Positions 1 to 9,446 of a stretch of 64,000 nucleotides of DNA are shown here, piece by piece. This DNA is from Gemmatimonadota bacterium (GTDB taxonomy: Bacteria > Gemmatimonadota > Gemmatimonadetes > Gemmatimonadales > GWC2-71-9). The DNA is taken from the NCBI GenBank assembly GCA_039588295.1, contig JBDHAB010000001.1:192001-256000 (forward strand), read 5' to 3'. Under the pieces are notes generated by a model. It searched no databases. It was not told where the DNA came from and worked only from the letters and a program-made list of their open reading frames with translations. A program made the translations under genes and the position numbers. Within the stretch, counting starts at the first letter, position 1; each line of letters begins with the position of its first letter.

Positions 1-96
1 CGCACGCGCTGGGGTCGGGCAATCCTGAGCCGGCGCCGCAAGAAGGGGCGCAAGCGTCTCACCGTCTCTCTGCCTTCCAAGCACGGAGGGAGTTGA
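1..96 (+). CDS. rpmH: 50S ribosomal protein L34, 3' part (truncated by window edge)
   Basis: Frame 1 reads [31 protein letters not shown], a typical L34 C-terminus; immediately upstream of rnpA. Confidence 0.95.
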   Translation, partial: RTRWGRAILSRRRKKGRKRLTVSLPSKHGGS

Positions 97-437
97 CGCC
101 TGAGGGGGTTCCTCGGGACTGGCGCCTGACACGTAGATCTGACATCACGGCCGTGTTGCGCCAGGGGCGCCGCCGCCGTACCCCGAGACTCGATATTTCG
201 TGGCGCGGTAATGAGGTGGGACATGCGCGGTTCGGCGTGGTCGTTCCACGATTCGGCCGGTCAGTGGTTTCCCGGAATCGCCTTCGACGTCGCCTCCGTG
301 AAATTGTGCGACGGGACATCCTCACGAGACTTGGCTCACACGACCTGGTCGTCCGCTCGCGGACGGCGGCGTACCGCGCCGACTTCCAAGAACTGGTTGC
401 TGACCTCGACGCATGGCTGCGCTCGCTTACCGATTGA
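93..437 (+). CDS. rnpA: Ribonuclease P protein component
   Basis: RL..R.D motif and [14 protein letters not shown] (RNR motif); canonical position after rpmH. Confidence 0.95.
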   Translation: MTPEGVPRDWRLTRRSDITAVLRQGRRRRTPRLDISWRGNEVGHARFGVVVPRFGRSVVSRNRLRRRLREIVRRDILTRLGSHDLVVRSRTAAYRADFQELVADLDAWLRSLTD

Positions 438-652
438 CTAACTCGCCGCGGGCGGTCGTCACGGCGCTCATCCGCCTGTATCAGCTGGCGGTGTCGCCGT
501 TCCCGTCGCCGTGCCGCTACTCGCCGACCTGTTCGACGTACACCCTGGAGGCCGTGCAACGCTACGGGGCGGTAAAGGGCTGCTGGTTGGGGCTGCGGCG
601 TATTCTGCGGTGCCACCCATTCCATCGGGGCGGCATCGACCCCGTTCCGTGA
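434..652 (+). CDS. yidD: Membrane protein insertion efficiency factor YidD
   Basis: [10 protein letters not shown] and [17 protein letters not shown] motifs; TTG start at 434 overlaps the rnpA stop. Confidence 0.93.
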   Translation: MTNSPRAVVTALIRLYQLAVSPFPSPCRYSPTCSTYTLEAVQRYGAVKGCWLGLRRILRCHPFHRGGIDPVP

Positions 653-662
653 CGGACTGCTG

Positions 663-2318
663 ATGGACCGCCGCACGCTGCTCGCGATCGGCTTGATGCT
701 GATCGTTGCCGTCCTGCCGTCGATCCTGTTTCCCCCGACGCGGACGACGCCTCCGAGCGTTGAGGGGGCGGACTCAGCCGCCGTGGTACCGCCCTCGACG
801 CCGGAGAGCACACGCACGGAGCTGCCGCCCGAACCGGCCATCATGGCGCCCGTCCCCGAGCTTACCCAACCCGACTCCGTGGCGCCCGGGGAAGAGATCG
901 TCGTTGAGTCGGAGCTGTATCGGCTCGCGTTCTCAACCCGGGGCGCGCGTCTCGTGGGGGCCGACCTGCTGGACTACCGCACGTTCGCCGCTGGCGACAC
1001 GGGGACGGCTCGGATCGTGCCCGCAGAGTCGGAGTTCCTCAGCTATGCGCTCGTCTTCGGCACGGACACGCTATGGCTCACAGACTGGGAGTTTGAGCCC
1101 TCCGCTTCTCAGGTCACCGTTCGCGACGGCGGGAGCAGCCTCCAGCTGGTGGCCCGTCGTGGCAACCTGGGCGTTGAGCTCACGTATCGGTTCCGACCGG
1201 ACGAATACCTGTTTGATGTGGAGGGCCGTCTGACCGGCATCTCGGCCGGAGGCCTCGTAGTCGTCGGTCTCGGGCCACGCCTGGCGCTGGTCGAGGCGGA
1301 CAGCACGGACGACTTTCGCTCCTATGCGGTGGTCACCAAGGCGAACAAGACGGAACAGGTCACATTCCGCTCGCTCGACCCGGGCGAGCGTCGGGATCTT
1401 GCGGGACCGTTTGAGTGGGTGGCGATCAAGACGAAGTACTTCGTCGCGGCGGTCCTCACGATCCAGGACGGCCAGCCGCAGTTGGGTGGTGCGGTGGCAA
1501 CTGGCGGCCAGCGGTCCGGGCGGAACGCGACGCAGGCTGATGTGCTGATGTCGCTGCCGGTCCCGGCCGGCGAGTTCGGGTTCTCGGTGTATGTCGGCCC
1601 TCAGGAGTATCGCCGGCTTTCTCGGATCGGGCATGACCTCGGGGACGTGAACCCGTACGGGTGGATCTTTCGGCCGATCATCCGCCCGTTTGCCAACGGC
1701 ATCGTCATCGTCCTCCTCTGGATGCACGAGACCTTGAGCCTCGCATATGGGTGGGTGCTGGTGTTGTTTGGCTTGGTGGTGCGTGTCGTCCTCTGGCCGC
1801 TCAACCAGAAGGCGATGCGCTCGAGCATGGCGATGCAGGCAATCCAGCCCGAACTCAAGGCCGTGCAGGAGCGCCACAAGCAGGATCCGCAGCGGGTGCA
1901 GCAGGAGGTGATGAAGCTGTACAAGGAACATGGAGTGAACCCACTGGGCGGCTGCTTGCCAATGCTGATCCCGATGCCGGTCCTGTTCGCGCTGTTCTTC
2001 GTGTTCCGTCAGACCATCGAGTTCCGGGGAGTCCCGTTCCTGTGGCTCCCGGATCTGTCGAGGGCCGATCCGTACTTCATCATCCCGATTGTCATGGGCC
2101 TGTCGATGTTCGCAGTCACGAAGCTCGGCCAGGTCGGGGTGCCGCCCAACCCCCAGGCGAAGATGATGCTGTACGTGATGCCGGCGTTCCTCACGTTCAT
2201 TTTTCTGAGGCTCTCGTCGGGTCTCAACCTCTACTATGCCGTGAGCAACATCGCGAGCATCCCTCAGCAGTGGCTGATAGCCAAAGAACGGCTGCGGCGT
2301 GTAGGGAAGCGCGAATGA
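663..2318 (+). CDS. yidC: Membrane protein insertase YidC
   Basis: N-terminal TM, periplasmic domain, YVGP, NPLGGCLP and FLWLPDLS motifs; synteny. Confidence 0.97.
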   Translation: MDRRTLLAIGLMLIVAVLPSILFPPTRTTPPSVEGADSAAVVPPSTPESTRTELPPEPAIMAPVPELTQPDSVAPGEEIVVESELYRLAFSTRGARLVGADLLDYRTFAAGDTGTARIVPAESEFLSYALVFGTDTLWLTDWEFEPSASQVTVRDGGSSLQLVARRGNLGVELTYRFRPDEYLFDVEGRLTGISAGGLVVVGLGPRLALVEADSTDDFRSYAVVTKANKTEQVTFRSLDPGERRDLAGPFEWVAIKTKYFVAAVLTIQDGQPQLGGAVATGGQRSGRNATQADVLMSLPVPAGEFGFSVYVGPQEYRRLSRIGHDLGDVNPYGWIFRPIIRPFANGIVIVLLWMHETLSLAYGWVLVLFGLVVRVVLWPLNQKAMRSSMAMQAIQPELKAVQERHKQDPQRVQQEVMKLYKEHGVNPLGGCLPMLIPMPVLFALFFVFRQTIEFRGVPFLWLPDLSRADPYFIIPIVMGLSMFAVTKLGQVGVPPNPQAKMMLYVMPAFLTFIFLRLSSGLNLYYAVSNIASIPQQWLIAKERLRRVGKRE

Positions 2319-2350
2319 GGTAGCAGCGGCCTCGCGAGCCGCCTGTCGTT

Positions 2351-3703
2351 GTGCTCTCCGACGTCATCGCCGCCCTCGCCACCCCACCTGGTCGATCTGG
2401 GGTTGCCGTCATCCGGGTCTCCGGTGCTGGCGCCCATCAAGTGGTCCGGCGCGTCGTGCCCACCTTGCGGGTCGAGCCGCTACGCTGCGCGCGGCTCGCT
2501 CGAATCGTCCATCCCTCGAGCGGTGACGCGTTGGACGACGCCCTGTATGTCTGCTTCCGGGGGCCGCGGTCGTATACCGGTGAGGACGTCGTCGAGATCT
2601 CGACGCACGGAGGCCTGCTGGTGCCGGCGGAGGTCCTCGCGGCCCTCTACTCGGCCGGTGCCAGGCCGGCTGCGCCAGGAGAGTTCACGCGCCGTGCGTT
2701 GGCGAATGGGAAACTCGACCTACTCCAAGCCGAGGCCATTGCCGATCTCGTGGACGCCACGGCGCCCGAGCAGCGCCGTGCGGCCTTGGGGCAACTCGAT
2801 CGCGGACTGTCGCGTCGAATTGACGCGTTGCGCAACCAGGTGCTCGAGCTCGAATCGCTGATTTGCTACGAGATCGACTTCCCCGAGGAGGACAGCGGGC
2901 CGGTGCCGGCGGCTCAGGTGGCAGAAGCGGTAGCGAGCGTGGAACGGGCGCTCGACGGGCTCGTTGGGACTGCCGCCGAAGGAGAGCGACTGCGCGAGGG
3001 GGCGTTGGCGGTCGTTGCCGGACGCCCAAACGCTGGGAAGTCCTCGCTCTTCAATGCGCTTTTGGGTACCGAGCGGGCGATCGTGACGGAGATTCCTGGC
3101 ACGACGCGAGACGCGATCGAGGCGCCGGCGAGTTGCAACGGATTTCCGTTTCGGCTCATCGACACTGCTGGGCTGAGGCAGCGCGGCGACACGGTCGAGC
3201 GACTGGGGATCGAGGTGAGCCATCGGTATCTGCGCGCGGCTGACGTCATCCTGTTTTGTGTGGAGGTCGGTCGAGACCTGAGCCAGGATGAGCGGGCGTT
3301 CATTGAAGGGGCTGCGGCACCGGTTGTGGTGATACGAACCAAGGCCGACCAGGTCGACGTATCCCCCGGCTGGCACGCGGGGGATGGCGAGCACTGTGTG
3401 TCGGCCCTCAGTGGTGAGGGACTCCCGGTGCTGCGGGCGGTTTTGGCGGCGCGCGCCTTTGAAGCGCTGTCTCGACACCGTATGGTCGAGCCAGTCGTCA
3501 CACGGGAGCGTCATCGAATCGCGCTCGAACGAGCGCTGGTGGAGGTGCGGAGCTTCCGAGAGGCGCGGGCTGCTGGCGTAGAAGCAGCCGTGGCTGCTAC
3601 CCATTTGCGAGCGGCGGTCACGGCCCTGGAGGACGTGATCGGGGTCGTGTCGACCGAGGATGTGCTTGAGCGGGTGTTCGCGAGTTTCTGCGTGGGAAAG
3701 TAG
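2351..3703 (+). CDS. mnmE: tRNA modification GTPase MnmE
   Basis: IAALATPPGRSGVAVIRVSG, GRPNAGKSS, PGTTRD, DTAG and C-terminal FCVGK. Confidence 0.97.
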   Translation: MLSDVIAALATPPGRSGVAVIRVSGAGAHQVVRRVVPTLRVEPLRCARLARIVHPSSGDALDDALYVCFRGPRSYTGEDVVEISTHGGLLVPAEVLAALYSAGARPAAPGEFTRRALANGKLDLLQAEAIADLVDATAPEQRRAALGQLDRGLSRRIDALRNQVLELESLICYEIDFPEEDSGPVPAAQVAEAVASVERALDGLVGTAAEGERLREGALAVVAGRPNAGKSSLFNALLGTERAIVTEIPGTTRDAIEAPASCNGFPFRLIDTAGLRQRGDTVERLGIEVSHRYLRAADVILFCVEVGRDLSQDERAFIEGAAAPVVVIRTKADQVDVSPGWHAGDGEHCVSALSGEGLPVLRAVLAARAFEALSRHRMVEPVVTRERHRIALERALVEVRSFREARAAGVEAAVAATHLRAAVTALEDVIGVVSTEDVLERVFASFCVGK

Positions 3704-3704
3704 C

Positions 3705-4649
3705 TCAGGCGGTTTGGATACCCCGCGATCGTCGCTCGATCTCCTGGCATTCGATAGCGTCGGCTCTCAGTGCTCGTGCGATCCCCCGGTCGGCGATAAT
3801 CGCTTCGACCATACGGTGACCGAGGTAGTAGCCGGCCCGCTCGGGAACGACCTTCCCGGCCACGAGCCGCTGGGCGGCGGCGACGCCGCCGGCAAGATAG
3901 CGCAACCGATAGCCGAGACCTCGATTGTCGAGTTCCGGCTCGATGGCGCGTAACAAGAAAGCCTCCAACTGCCGTAAGCGTCGGTACTGCCGCCGCGCGT
4001 ACCCCAGGTAGTCCCACGGCTCGAGACCGGGTGTAACAGCCTGAGAAGCGGCGACCGCAAGGCCCTCATTGACCACCAACTCCCGCAGTGTGGTCCGGCT
4101 GCCGGCCTCCCAGTAGTCGTACGTACCGTTCATATCCCCGACGACTTGCGCGAGCTCGCTCCGGCTCGCTGGTGACGTGTACCGCACGGTGTGGGCGATC
4201 TCGTGCGCGATCCACACTGGGATCAGGCTCGGGCGCAGCCCGAGGCCGAGCGACTCATGGTTCGGGCGACCAGTGAAATGCTCGAGGCAGATGAATGCAA
4301 TCCCTCGGCCCCCGACGACCAACTCCCCAGCGTTGGCACCGCCGACGCCAACCATGAGATACACATCGAAGGGCTGGTCCACGTCGAACAGATCTTCGCA
4401 CCGCGCCGCCGTTTCGGCTGCAACCGCCTCGAAATCGTATCCGTCCTGGAGAGCCCTCAGGTCACGACGGTCGGCGGTGACGGTGCGATGAATCACTTCC
4501 TCGGCATGTGGGCTGTCGAGGTCGAGAATGTAGTTGTGCCAGTAGGCGGCGAGGACGGGAAGGTGGTCATCCAGATAGCTGTGGTACGCCTCCTCAGGAT
4601 CTGGTGCGCTCACGGCGGCGAGGAATTCCGGAACGAGATTGATGAGCAT
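3705..4649 (-). CDS. Putative Zn-dependent protease (zincin, DUF2268-like)
   Basis: AHEIAH (HExxH) plus downstream NEGLA and GYYLG motifs; start placed at MLINLVPEFL. Confidence 0.6.
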   Translation of the reverse strand: MLINLVPEFLAAVSAPDPEEAYHSYLDDHLPVLAAYWHNYILDLDSPHAEEVIHRTVTADRRDLRALQDGYDFEAVAAETAARCEDLFDVDQPFDVYLMVGVGGANAGELVVGGRGIAFICLEHFTGRPNHESLGLGLRPSLIPVWIAHEIAHTVRYTSPASRSELAQVVGDMNGTYDYWEAGSRTTLRELVVNEGLAVAASQAVTPGLEPWDYLGYARRQYRRLRQLEAFLLRAIEPELDNRGLGYRLRYLAGGVAAAQRLVAGKVVPERAGYYLGHRMVEAIIADRGIARALRADAIECQEIERRSRGIQTA

Positions 4650-4701
4650 GGAGGCGTCACCAATTTGTGATGCCTCCCGGGAACTGACAAGCCCGAGTGT
4701 G

Positions 4702-6684
4702 TTAGCGGATTTCGATGCGCACGTTTGTCGAACGACCGCGGCGACCAGTGACGCGGTCCCGGACGCCAAGCGACAGTCGATACCGTCCCGGTGGCACGCG
4801 GTCCGGCTGCAAGACGATGCGCTCGATCGTCGTTCGTGCACCGAGGGTGGTGCGGTCGAACGCGAACGAGATTGGCGCACCGCCGTCCTCCGGCTCGAAC
4901 GTGTAACGGACCTCATAGACGCTGCGGCCCTGACGATCGGCCGGCAGATCGTAGATCTCGGCAAAGAGGGAGAGGGGCACTCCCTGGGGGAACGTGAGGT
5001 CGGCCGGCATGGACCGAGCGACATCGTCGCGGGTGAATCCGGTGTCTGGCAGCATGCCGACGAGGAGGCTGGACAGTGTGACCCGGCGGCGCCAGAGTGA
5101 CTCGACATCATAATCCGTGCGGAGTCGAGCAAGGCGGGTGCCCGACCGGCCGTCGATGCCGAGACGGTAGCGACCCGACAGCAGCGTGAGGACCAGGGGG
5201 CTTGGGCCGTGCACGCGACCGACTTCCGTCCACGTTGCATCCCACGCCGCAACGGCGATCGTGTCCACGTTCGTGCCGATGTACACGAGGTGCTCGTCCC
5301 GTTCCGGCCCCCGGAAGTCCGCTACCCACGCCTTGAGCGTGAGGTCCGCCTCCAGTGACGTCTCGTCCTCTTCCAGCATGATGGCGCTGTTGTGGAGTTC
5401 CATCAGACTCGTTGGGAAGAGGATCATGTCACCGCCCAGTTCTGCCGAAGCCCGGGCAAACGTGAGGCTCACCGGGGTGCCGTCTACGAGATACTCCCAT
5501 GCCTCAACGTCACGTTCGTGGTCGATCCAACGCCTCAGAGGCTCGCCGAACCGCAAATACATGAGGCCGCGCCCGTCGAAACCGAGACGCCGATACCGGG
5601 TGAGCGAGTCAGGTTCGGGAATGTCGCGCACATCTACGCCCAATCCGGCTGCCTGTATCTCCTCTTCGAACCGTGACCGTCCGGGGATGGGGCCAGTCGT
5701 GATGGTGAACCCTCGCAACGCTTCGAGGACGCGGGCGGCCGCACCGGCAGCCAGCGTGCGTCGTGCGGGAGAGCGGTGGAATACCGACTGCGGGTGGAGC
5801 AGGCGATAGTGGTCTCTCGCGTGGCGCAGGCGGGCGAAGTGTTCGACGATCCGTTCGTTGGTCGGGGTCGTGAGGTCGGGCTCGCGTCGCGCCCAAAACG
5901 CGCGGAAGAACCACTGCTTGAGTTCGGGTGGCATCGTGGCGTATTCGGCCTCTTCCTCCGGAGCCGCGATCGGTTCGACTTGACGCCACAGGATGTCGAG
6001 CGAATCCGAGGCCGCTCTCGCAATCGCTCGCCAGTAGTGAGAGAGCCCCGTCGCGGTGTCGCCGGTCTCCAATGCTCCCTGGGCGCGCAGTGCCCAGACC
6101 GCGGCATCGTCGCGCCCCCCACCAACCGCGGTGGCGAGGATCGCTTCTGCCTCCGCGTAATGTTCGGCCTGGACCAGGAGCTGCGCGCGACGGATGTCGG
6201 CGGCGCCGACCCCGGCATGGCGTTCCAAGATCGCCGCAGCCCGCAAGAGATCACTCGGGCTGTGGTGGATGGCGCGCCACATCTCCCAGGTGTCGCGGTA
6301 GGTGGGTTCTCTGCGCCAGGTGCCGTGCAGCCCGCTGCGGATGATGGCCTCTCCGTCGGCGCCTGCCAGATAGACCCCAACACGCGCTCTCCAGTACCAA
6401 GGCTCCGGGTCTCGGGGGTTGGCGGCGGCGGCCCGACGCAATAGCCGGAGTGCCTCCCAACGCCCGACGACCGGCCACTCGAGGTGGACCCGTGCGAGGA
6501 GCGTGAGCAGCTGCACGTCGTTCGGGCGCGTTCGGAGCGCCGAGTCCAGCAACGTGCGCGCTTGTTTCAGGCGCCCGTCACTCAGCAACCGTTCGACCCG
6601 CGCCCCGAAGACGGTGTCCGTTGGTGGCAACGCCGAGGCTTGGCCAGCGGAGAGCGAGAAGAGGAGCAGCGAAATGGGGATCAC
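4702..6684 (-). CDS. Secreted TPR and GWxTD-domain protein
   Basis: Signal peptide, TPR-like helices, FWARREPDLTTPTNERIVEHFARL...DGRGLMYLRFGEP pattern of GWxTD domains. Confidence 0.75.
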   Translation of the reverse strand: MIPISLLLFSLSAGQASALPPTDTVFGARVERLLSDGRLKQARTLLDSALRTRPNDVQLLTLLARVHLEWPVVGRWEALRLLRRAAAANPRDPEPWYWRARVGVYLAGADGEAIIRSGLHGTWRREPTYRDTWEMWRAIHHSPSDLLRAAAILERHAGVGAADIRRAQLLVQAEHYAEAEAILATAVGGGRDDAAVWALRAQGALETGDTATGLSHYWRAIARAASDSLDILWRQVEPIAAPEEEAEYATMPPELKQWFFRAFWARREPDLTTPTNERIVEHFARLRHARDHYRLLHPQSVFHRSPARRTLAAGAAARVLEALRGFTITTGPIPGRSRFEEEIQAAGLGVDVRDIPEPDSLTRYRRLGFDGRGLMYLRFGEPLRRWIDHERDVEAWEYLVDGTPVSLTFARASAELGGDMILFPTSLMELHNSAIMLEEDETSLEADLTLKAWVADFRGPERDEHLVYIGTNVDTIAVAAWDATWTEVGRVHGPSPLVLTLLSGRYRLGIDGRSGTRLARLRTDYDVESLWRRRVTLSSLLVGMLPDTGFTRDDVARSMPADLTFPQGVPLSLFAEIYDLPADRQGRSVYEVRYTFEPEDGGAPISFAFDRTTLGARTTIERIVLQPDRVPPGRYRLSLGVRDRVTGRRGRSTNVRIEIR

Positions 6685-7172
6685 AGGAGCCGCCCTAATA
6701 TCTCAGCCTGTTCCGGGAGAAAGCCGTAGAACACGATCTCGGTCAGCGCCTGCGCATCTGGTGAGTCGGCGATGGCGTCTCGCATGATTCGGACGGCCCG
6801 CTCGAATTCAAAGCCGCCGATCCCGCTCCCCAGCACCGGCAGCGCAAGCTGCCGAGCACCGTGCTGCGCGGCGAGCGCGAGACTCGCCAGCGTGCTCTCG
6901 CGAATCGAGCGCTCCGAGACGGGCTCGTCACCCATCGCCGCCGCGTGGATGACCCACTGAACCGAAAGCCGTCCGGCCCCGGTGATCGCGGCCTCTCCCA
7001 CACGGATGGGTCCACGCTGGTCGCACTCGGCTTGAATGGACGGCCCCCCTGCCCGGCGAATCGCACCAGCCACGCCGGCACCGAGCTGCAAGTGGTTGTT
7101 CGCCGCGTTCACGATCGCGTCGCCCTCGTACGTCGTGATATCACCTTGCCGGACGAGCCGCCGCGGCGCCAC
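6681..7172 (-). CDS. Macro domain (ADP-ribose binding/hydrolase) protein
   Basis: GDIT, DAIVNAAN, GAGVAGAI, VIHAA and GSGIGGF motifs. Confidence 0.92.
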   Translation of the reverse strand: MAPRRLVRQGDITTYEGDAIVNAANNHLQLGAGVAGAIRRAGGPSIQAECDQRGPIRVGEAAITGAGRLSVQWVIHAAAMGDEPVSERSIRESTLASLALAAQHGARQLALPVLGSGIGGFEFERAVRIMRDAIADSPDAQALTEIVFYGFLPEQAEILGRLL

Positions 7173-7175
7173 AGG

Positions 7176-8000
7176 TTAATGGTCCCGAAGTTGACGGCTG
7201 ACTTCGTCCAGCAGTCGCCGTTCCTCGGGAGTAAGGCTGGCCAGGCCGCTTTGTGAAATCTTGTCGAGCACCCGGTCGACTTCGTCGTACAGCACCTGCT
7301 CCTCCGGTGGCTCGTCGGCCGGTGGCTCCGGTTCCGGGTGCGCGCGCGGCTTGTGGGGGGGAACCACACGAGCGAGCCGGGGTCGGCTTCGCGCCGTCTG
7401 GACCTGGCGTCGAATGGCACCCTCGCCCCGAAGGTAAATGAACCCGAAGAGGAATCCACCAAGGTGGGCCAGATGCGCGACGCCGTCTCGTGCACCGGCG
7501 ACTGCCGAGACCAAGCTCACGGCGGCGAGGAACACAACGAGCCACTTTGCCTTCACGGGTACGGGCAGTGGAAACACGTAGATTGGCGAATCGGGCCAGA
7601 ACATGGCGAACGCCAGCGCCACGCCGAACACCGCCCCGGATGCACCGAAGACCAACGCCACCGGTGTCGTCAACAGGAGCCCAAACGACAACACGGCACC
7701 ACCAAGCCCGCAGGTGAGGTAGTAGCCCGCAAACCGTGTCCCCCCCATGCGCTCCTCGACGGCAGGGCCGAAGACGAACAGCATCAGCATGTTGAACGCG
7801 AGATGCAGGAAGCCGTCGTGTAAGAACATGTAGGTGAATGGTGTCCACCAGCGTATCAGGATCTGGTCGGGACGGAGCGCGAAGTAGTCCAGCAGCAGCG
7901 GACTCGTGAACACCGTGATCTTCAGGAAGTAGATCACGACGTTTGCAACGAGCAGTCCGCGGACCCAGGGGGTGAGCGCGAAGGGAGACTGGTAACGCAT
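7176..8000 (-). CDS. Rhomboid family intramembrane serine protease
   Basis: TYMFLH...HLAFNM, GASG, AHLAHLGG; C-terminal VDRVLDKIS..G..SLT tail. Confidence 0.93.
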   Translation of the reverse strand: MRYQSPFALTPWVRGLLVANVVIYFLKITVFTSPLLLDYFALRPDQILIRWWTPFTYMFLHDGFLHLAFNMLMLFVFGPAVEERMGGTRFAGYYLTCGLGGAVLSFGLLLTTPVALVFGASGAVFGVALAFAMFWPDSPIYVFPLPVPVKAKWLVVFLAAVSLVSAVAGARDGVAHLAHLGGFLFGFIYLRGEGAIRRQVQTARSRPRLARVVPPHKPRAHPEPEPPADEPPEEQVLYDEVDRVLDKISQSGLASLTPEERRLLDEVSRQLRDH

Positions 8001-8012
8001 GCCGTCTAGTGG

Positions 8013-9047
8013 TTACATCCCCCGGAGCCGAGCTTTGTTCCGTTCCACCCGCTCGAGCGCGAGCCGACAAATCTCGGAGCACAGTTCTCCGAAAGAGATG
8101 TCTACTGCGTTTGCCGACTGGGGTAGGAGGCTGGTCGCCGTGAGCCCCGGCAGGGTGTTGACTTCCAGGCAGTAGGGGGTGTCATCGTGGCCGAGGCGGA
8201 AGTCGACTCTCGAGAAGTCACGGAGCTTGAGCACCCTGTGAGCCGACAGAGCCAGGTACTGCAGCCGCTGCTCGAGGTCCCCCGGGATGTCCGCGGGAAA
8301 GATCTCTTCGGTGAGTCCCGGCGTGTATTTGCACTCGTAGTCGAAGATCTCGTGGCTCGGAATGATCTCACCGACCGCGAGCGCTCGGTCGCCAAGCACG
8401 CCCACGGTGAACTCCCGGCCAGGCGCGAACGCCTCGAGGATCACATCGTCGTCGAACTGCCAGGCAAGCTCGACGGCTGCCGCTACCGCAGTCGGGCTTC
8501 GCACGATCGTGAGTCCGACGGTGGATCCCACCTTGGAGGGTTTGACGACAAACGGAAGCCCGAGGGCGTCGATCTCCTGGGGCGGTGCGGGCCACGAACG
8601 CCAGTCCGGTGTTGGAATGCCGGCTGCACGGAACAGTCGCTTCGCCAGGTCCTTGTCCATTGCTAGGGCGCTCCCCAGGGGGTCGGAACCGGCGTACGGG
8701 ATGTGGGCGGCGTCGAGCAGCGACTGTATTTGGCCTCCCTCTCCCTCGCGGCCGTGCAGCACGGGGAAGACGAGGTCGGCTTCGCGGAGCGCGGGAAGCT
8801 GCACGAGCTCGGGTCCGAGTTCCCGTGCCTCCAGGTCCGCGAGCGACGCCCTCGTGGGTGGTGCCTTCCCAACCGCGGGAACCAACAGGTCTTGTTCCTG
8901 GTCGGGGCGGAGCGTGCCCGTGACGGTATCGACGACCACAACCTCATAGCCGTGTTCGCGGAGGGCTGCCACCACTTGCGTCGCACCGGCAAGCGCCACG
9001 TCGCGCTCCGGGGTGCACCCTCCCGTAAGGACCGTGATGCGCGTCAT
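8013..9047 (-). CDS. ddl: D-alanine--D-alanine ligase
   Basis: VLTGG..ERDV, FPVLHGREGEGG, LAMDK, GSTVG, DYECKY and LEVNTLPG motifs. Confidence 0.93.
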   Translation of the reverse strand: MTRITVLTGGCTPERDVALAGATQVVAALREHGYEVVVVDTVTGTLRPDQEQDLLVPAVGKAPPTRASLADLEARELGPELVQLPALREADLVFPVLHGREGEGGQIQSLLDAAHIPYAGSDPLGSALAMDKDLAKRLFRAAGIPTPDWRSWPAPPQEIDALGLPFVVKPSKVGSTVGLTIVRSPTAVAAAVELAWQFDDDVILEAFAPGREFTVGVLGDRALAVGEIIPSHEIFDYECKYTPGLTEEIFPADIPGDLEQRLQYLALSAHRVLKLRDFSRVDFRLGHDDTPYCLEVNTLPGLTATSLLPQSANAVDISFGELCSEICRLALERVERNKARLRGM

Positions 9048-9436
9048 GTTGAGCGAGGACGGTAGCACACGCGGTAGTGCGGCATCTCCCACACCTCGAC
9101 TTGCTCGACATGCGCCACCGGCGCCACGCGTGAGAGATGGTCCGTGGCCCGCTCGCAGACCACCGTGGCGATGTGCTCCGCGCTGGGAGGGTTGGAGCGA
9201 AACGCCTCGAGTTCGTTGAGGTACTGGTGGTCGAGATCGGCGACGACCGTACGCAGGGCCGCTTCGATCAGGCGGAAATCCACGGCCAGCCCTTTGTCGT
9301 CGAGTGCGCCCGCCGCAACGCGGACGGTGAGCCGAACGCGCCAGTTGTGGCCATGCATGCGTTCGCATTGCGGCACCCCCGGAAGGGTGTGTGCCGCCGC
9401 AAACGCCGCCTCGGCGGAGAGAAGGAAATGTGCCAT
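9044..9436 (-). CDS. queD: 6-carboxy-5,6,7,8-tetrahydropterin synthase (QueD/PTPS family)
   Basis: FAAAH, CERMHGHNW, LDHQYLNE and PSAEHIA motifs. Confidence 0.88.
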   Translation of the reverse strand: MAHFLLSAEAAFAAAHTLPGVPQCERMHGHNWRVRLTVRVAAGALDDKGLAVDFRLIEAALRTVVADLDHQYLNELEAFRSNPPSAEHIATVVCERATDHLSRVAPVAHVEQVEVWEMPHYRVCYRPRST

Positions 9437-9446
9437 GCCCTTCGTG

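Noticed and set aside
2319..3705. Absence of jag and mnmG around mnmE
   Set aside because: Common lineage-level variation of the origin-proximal cluster.
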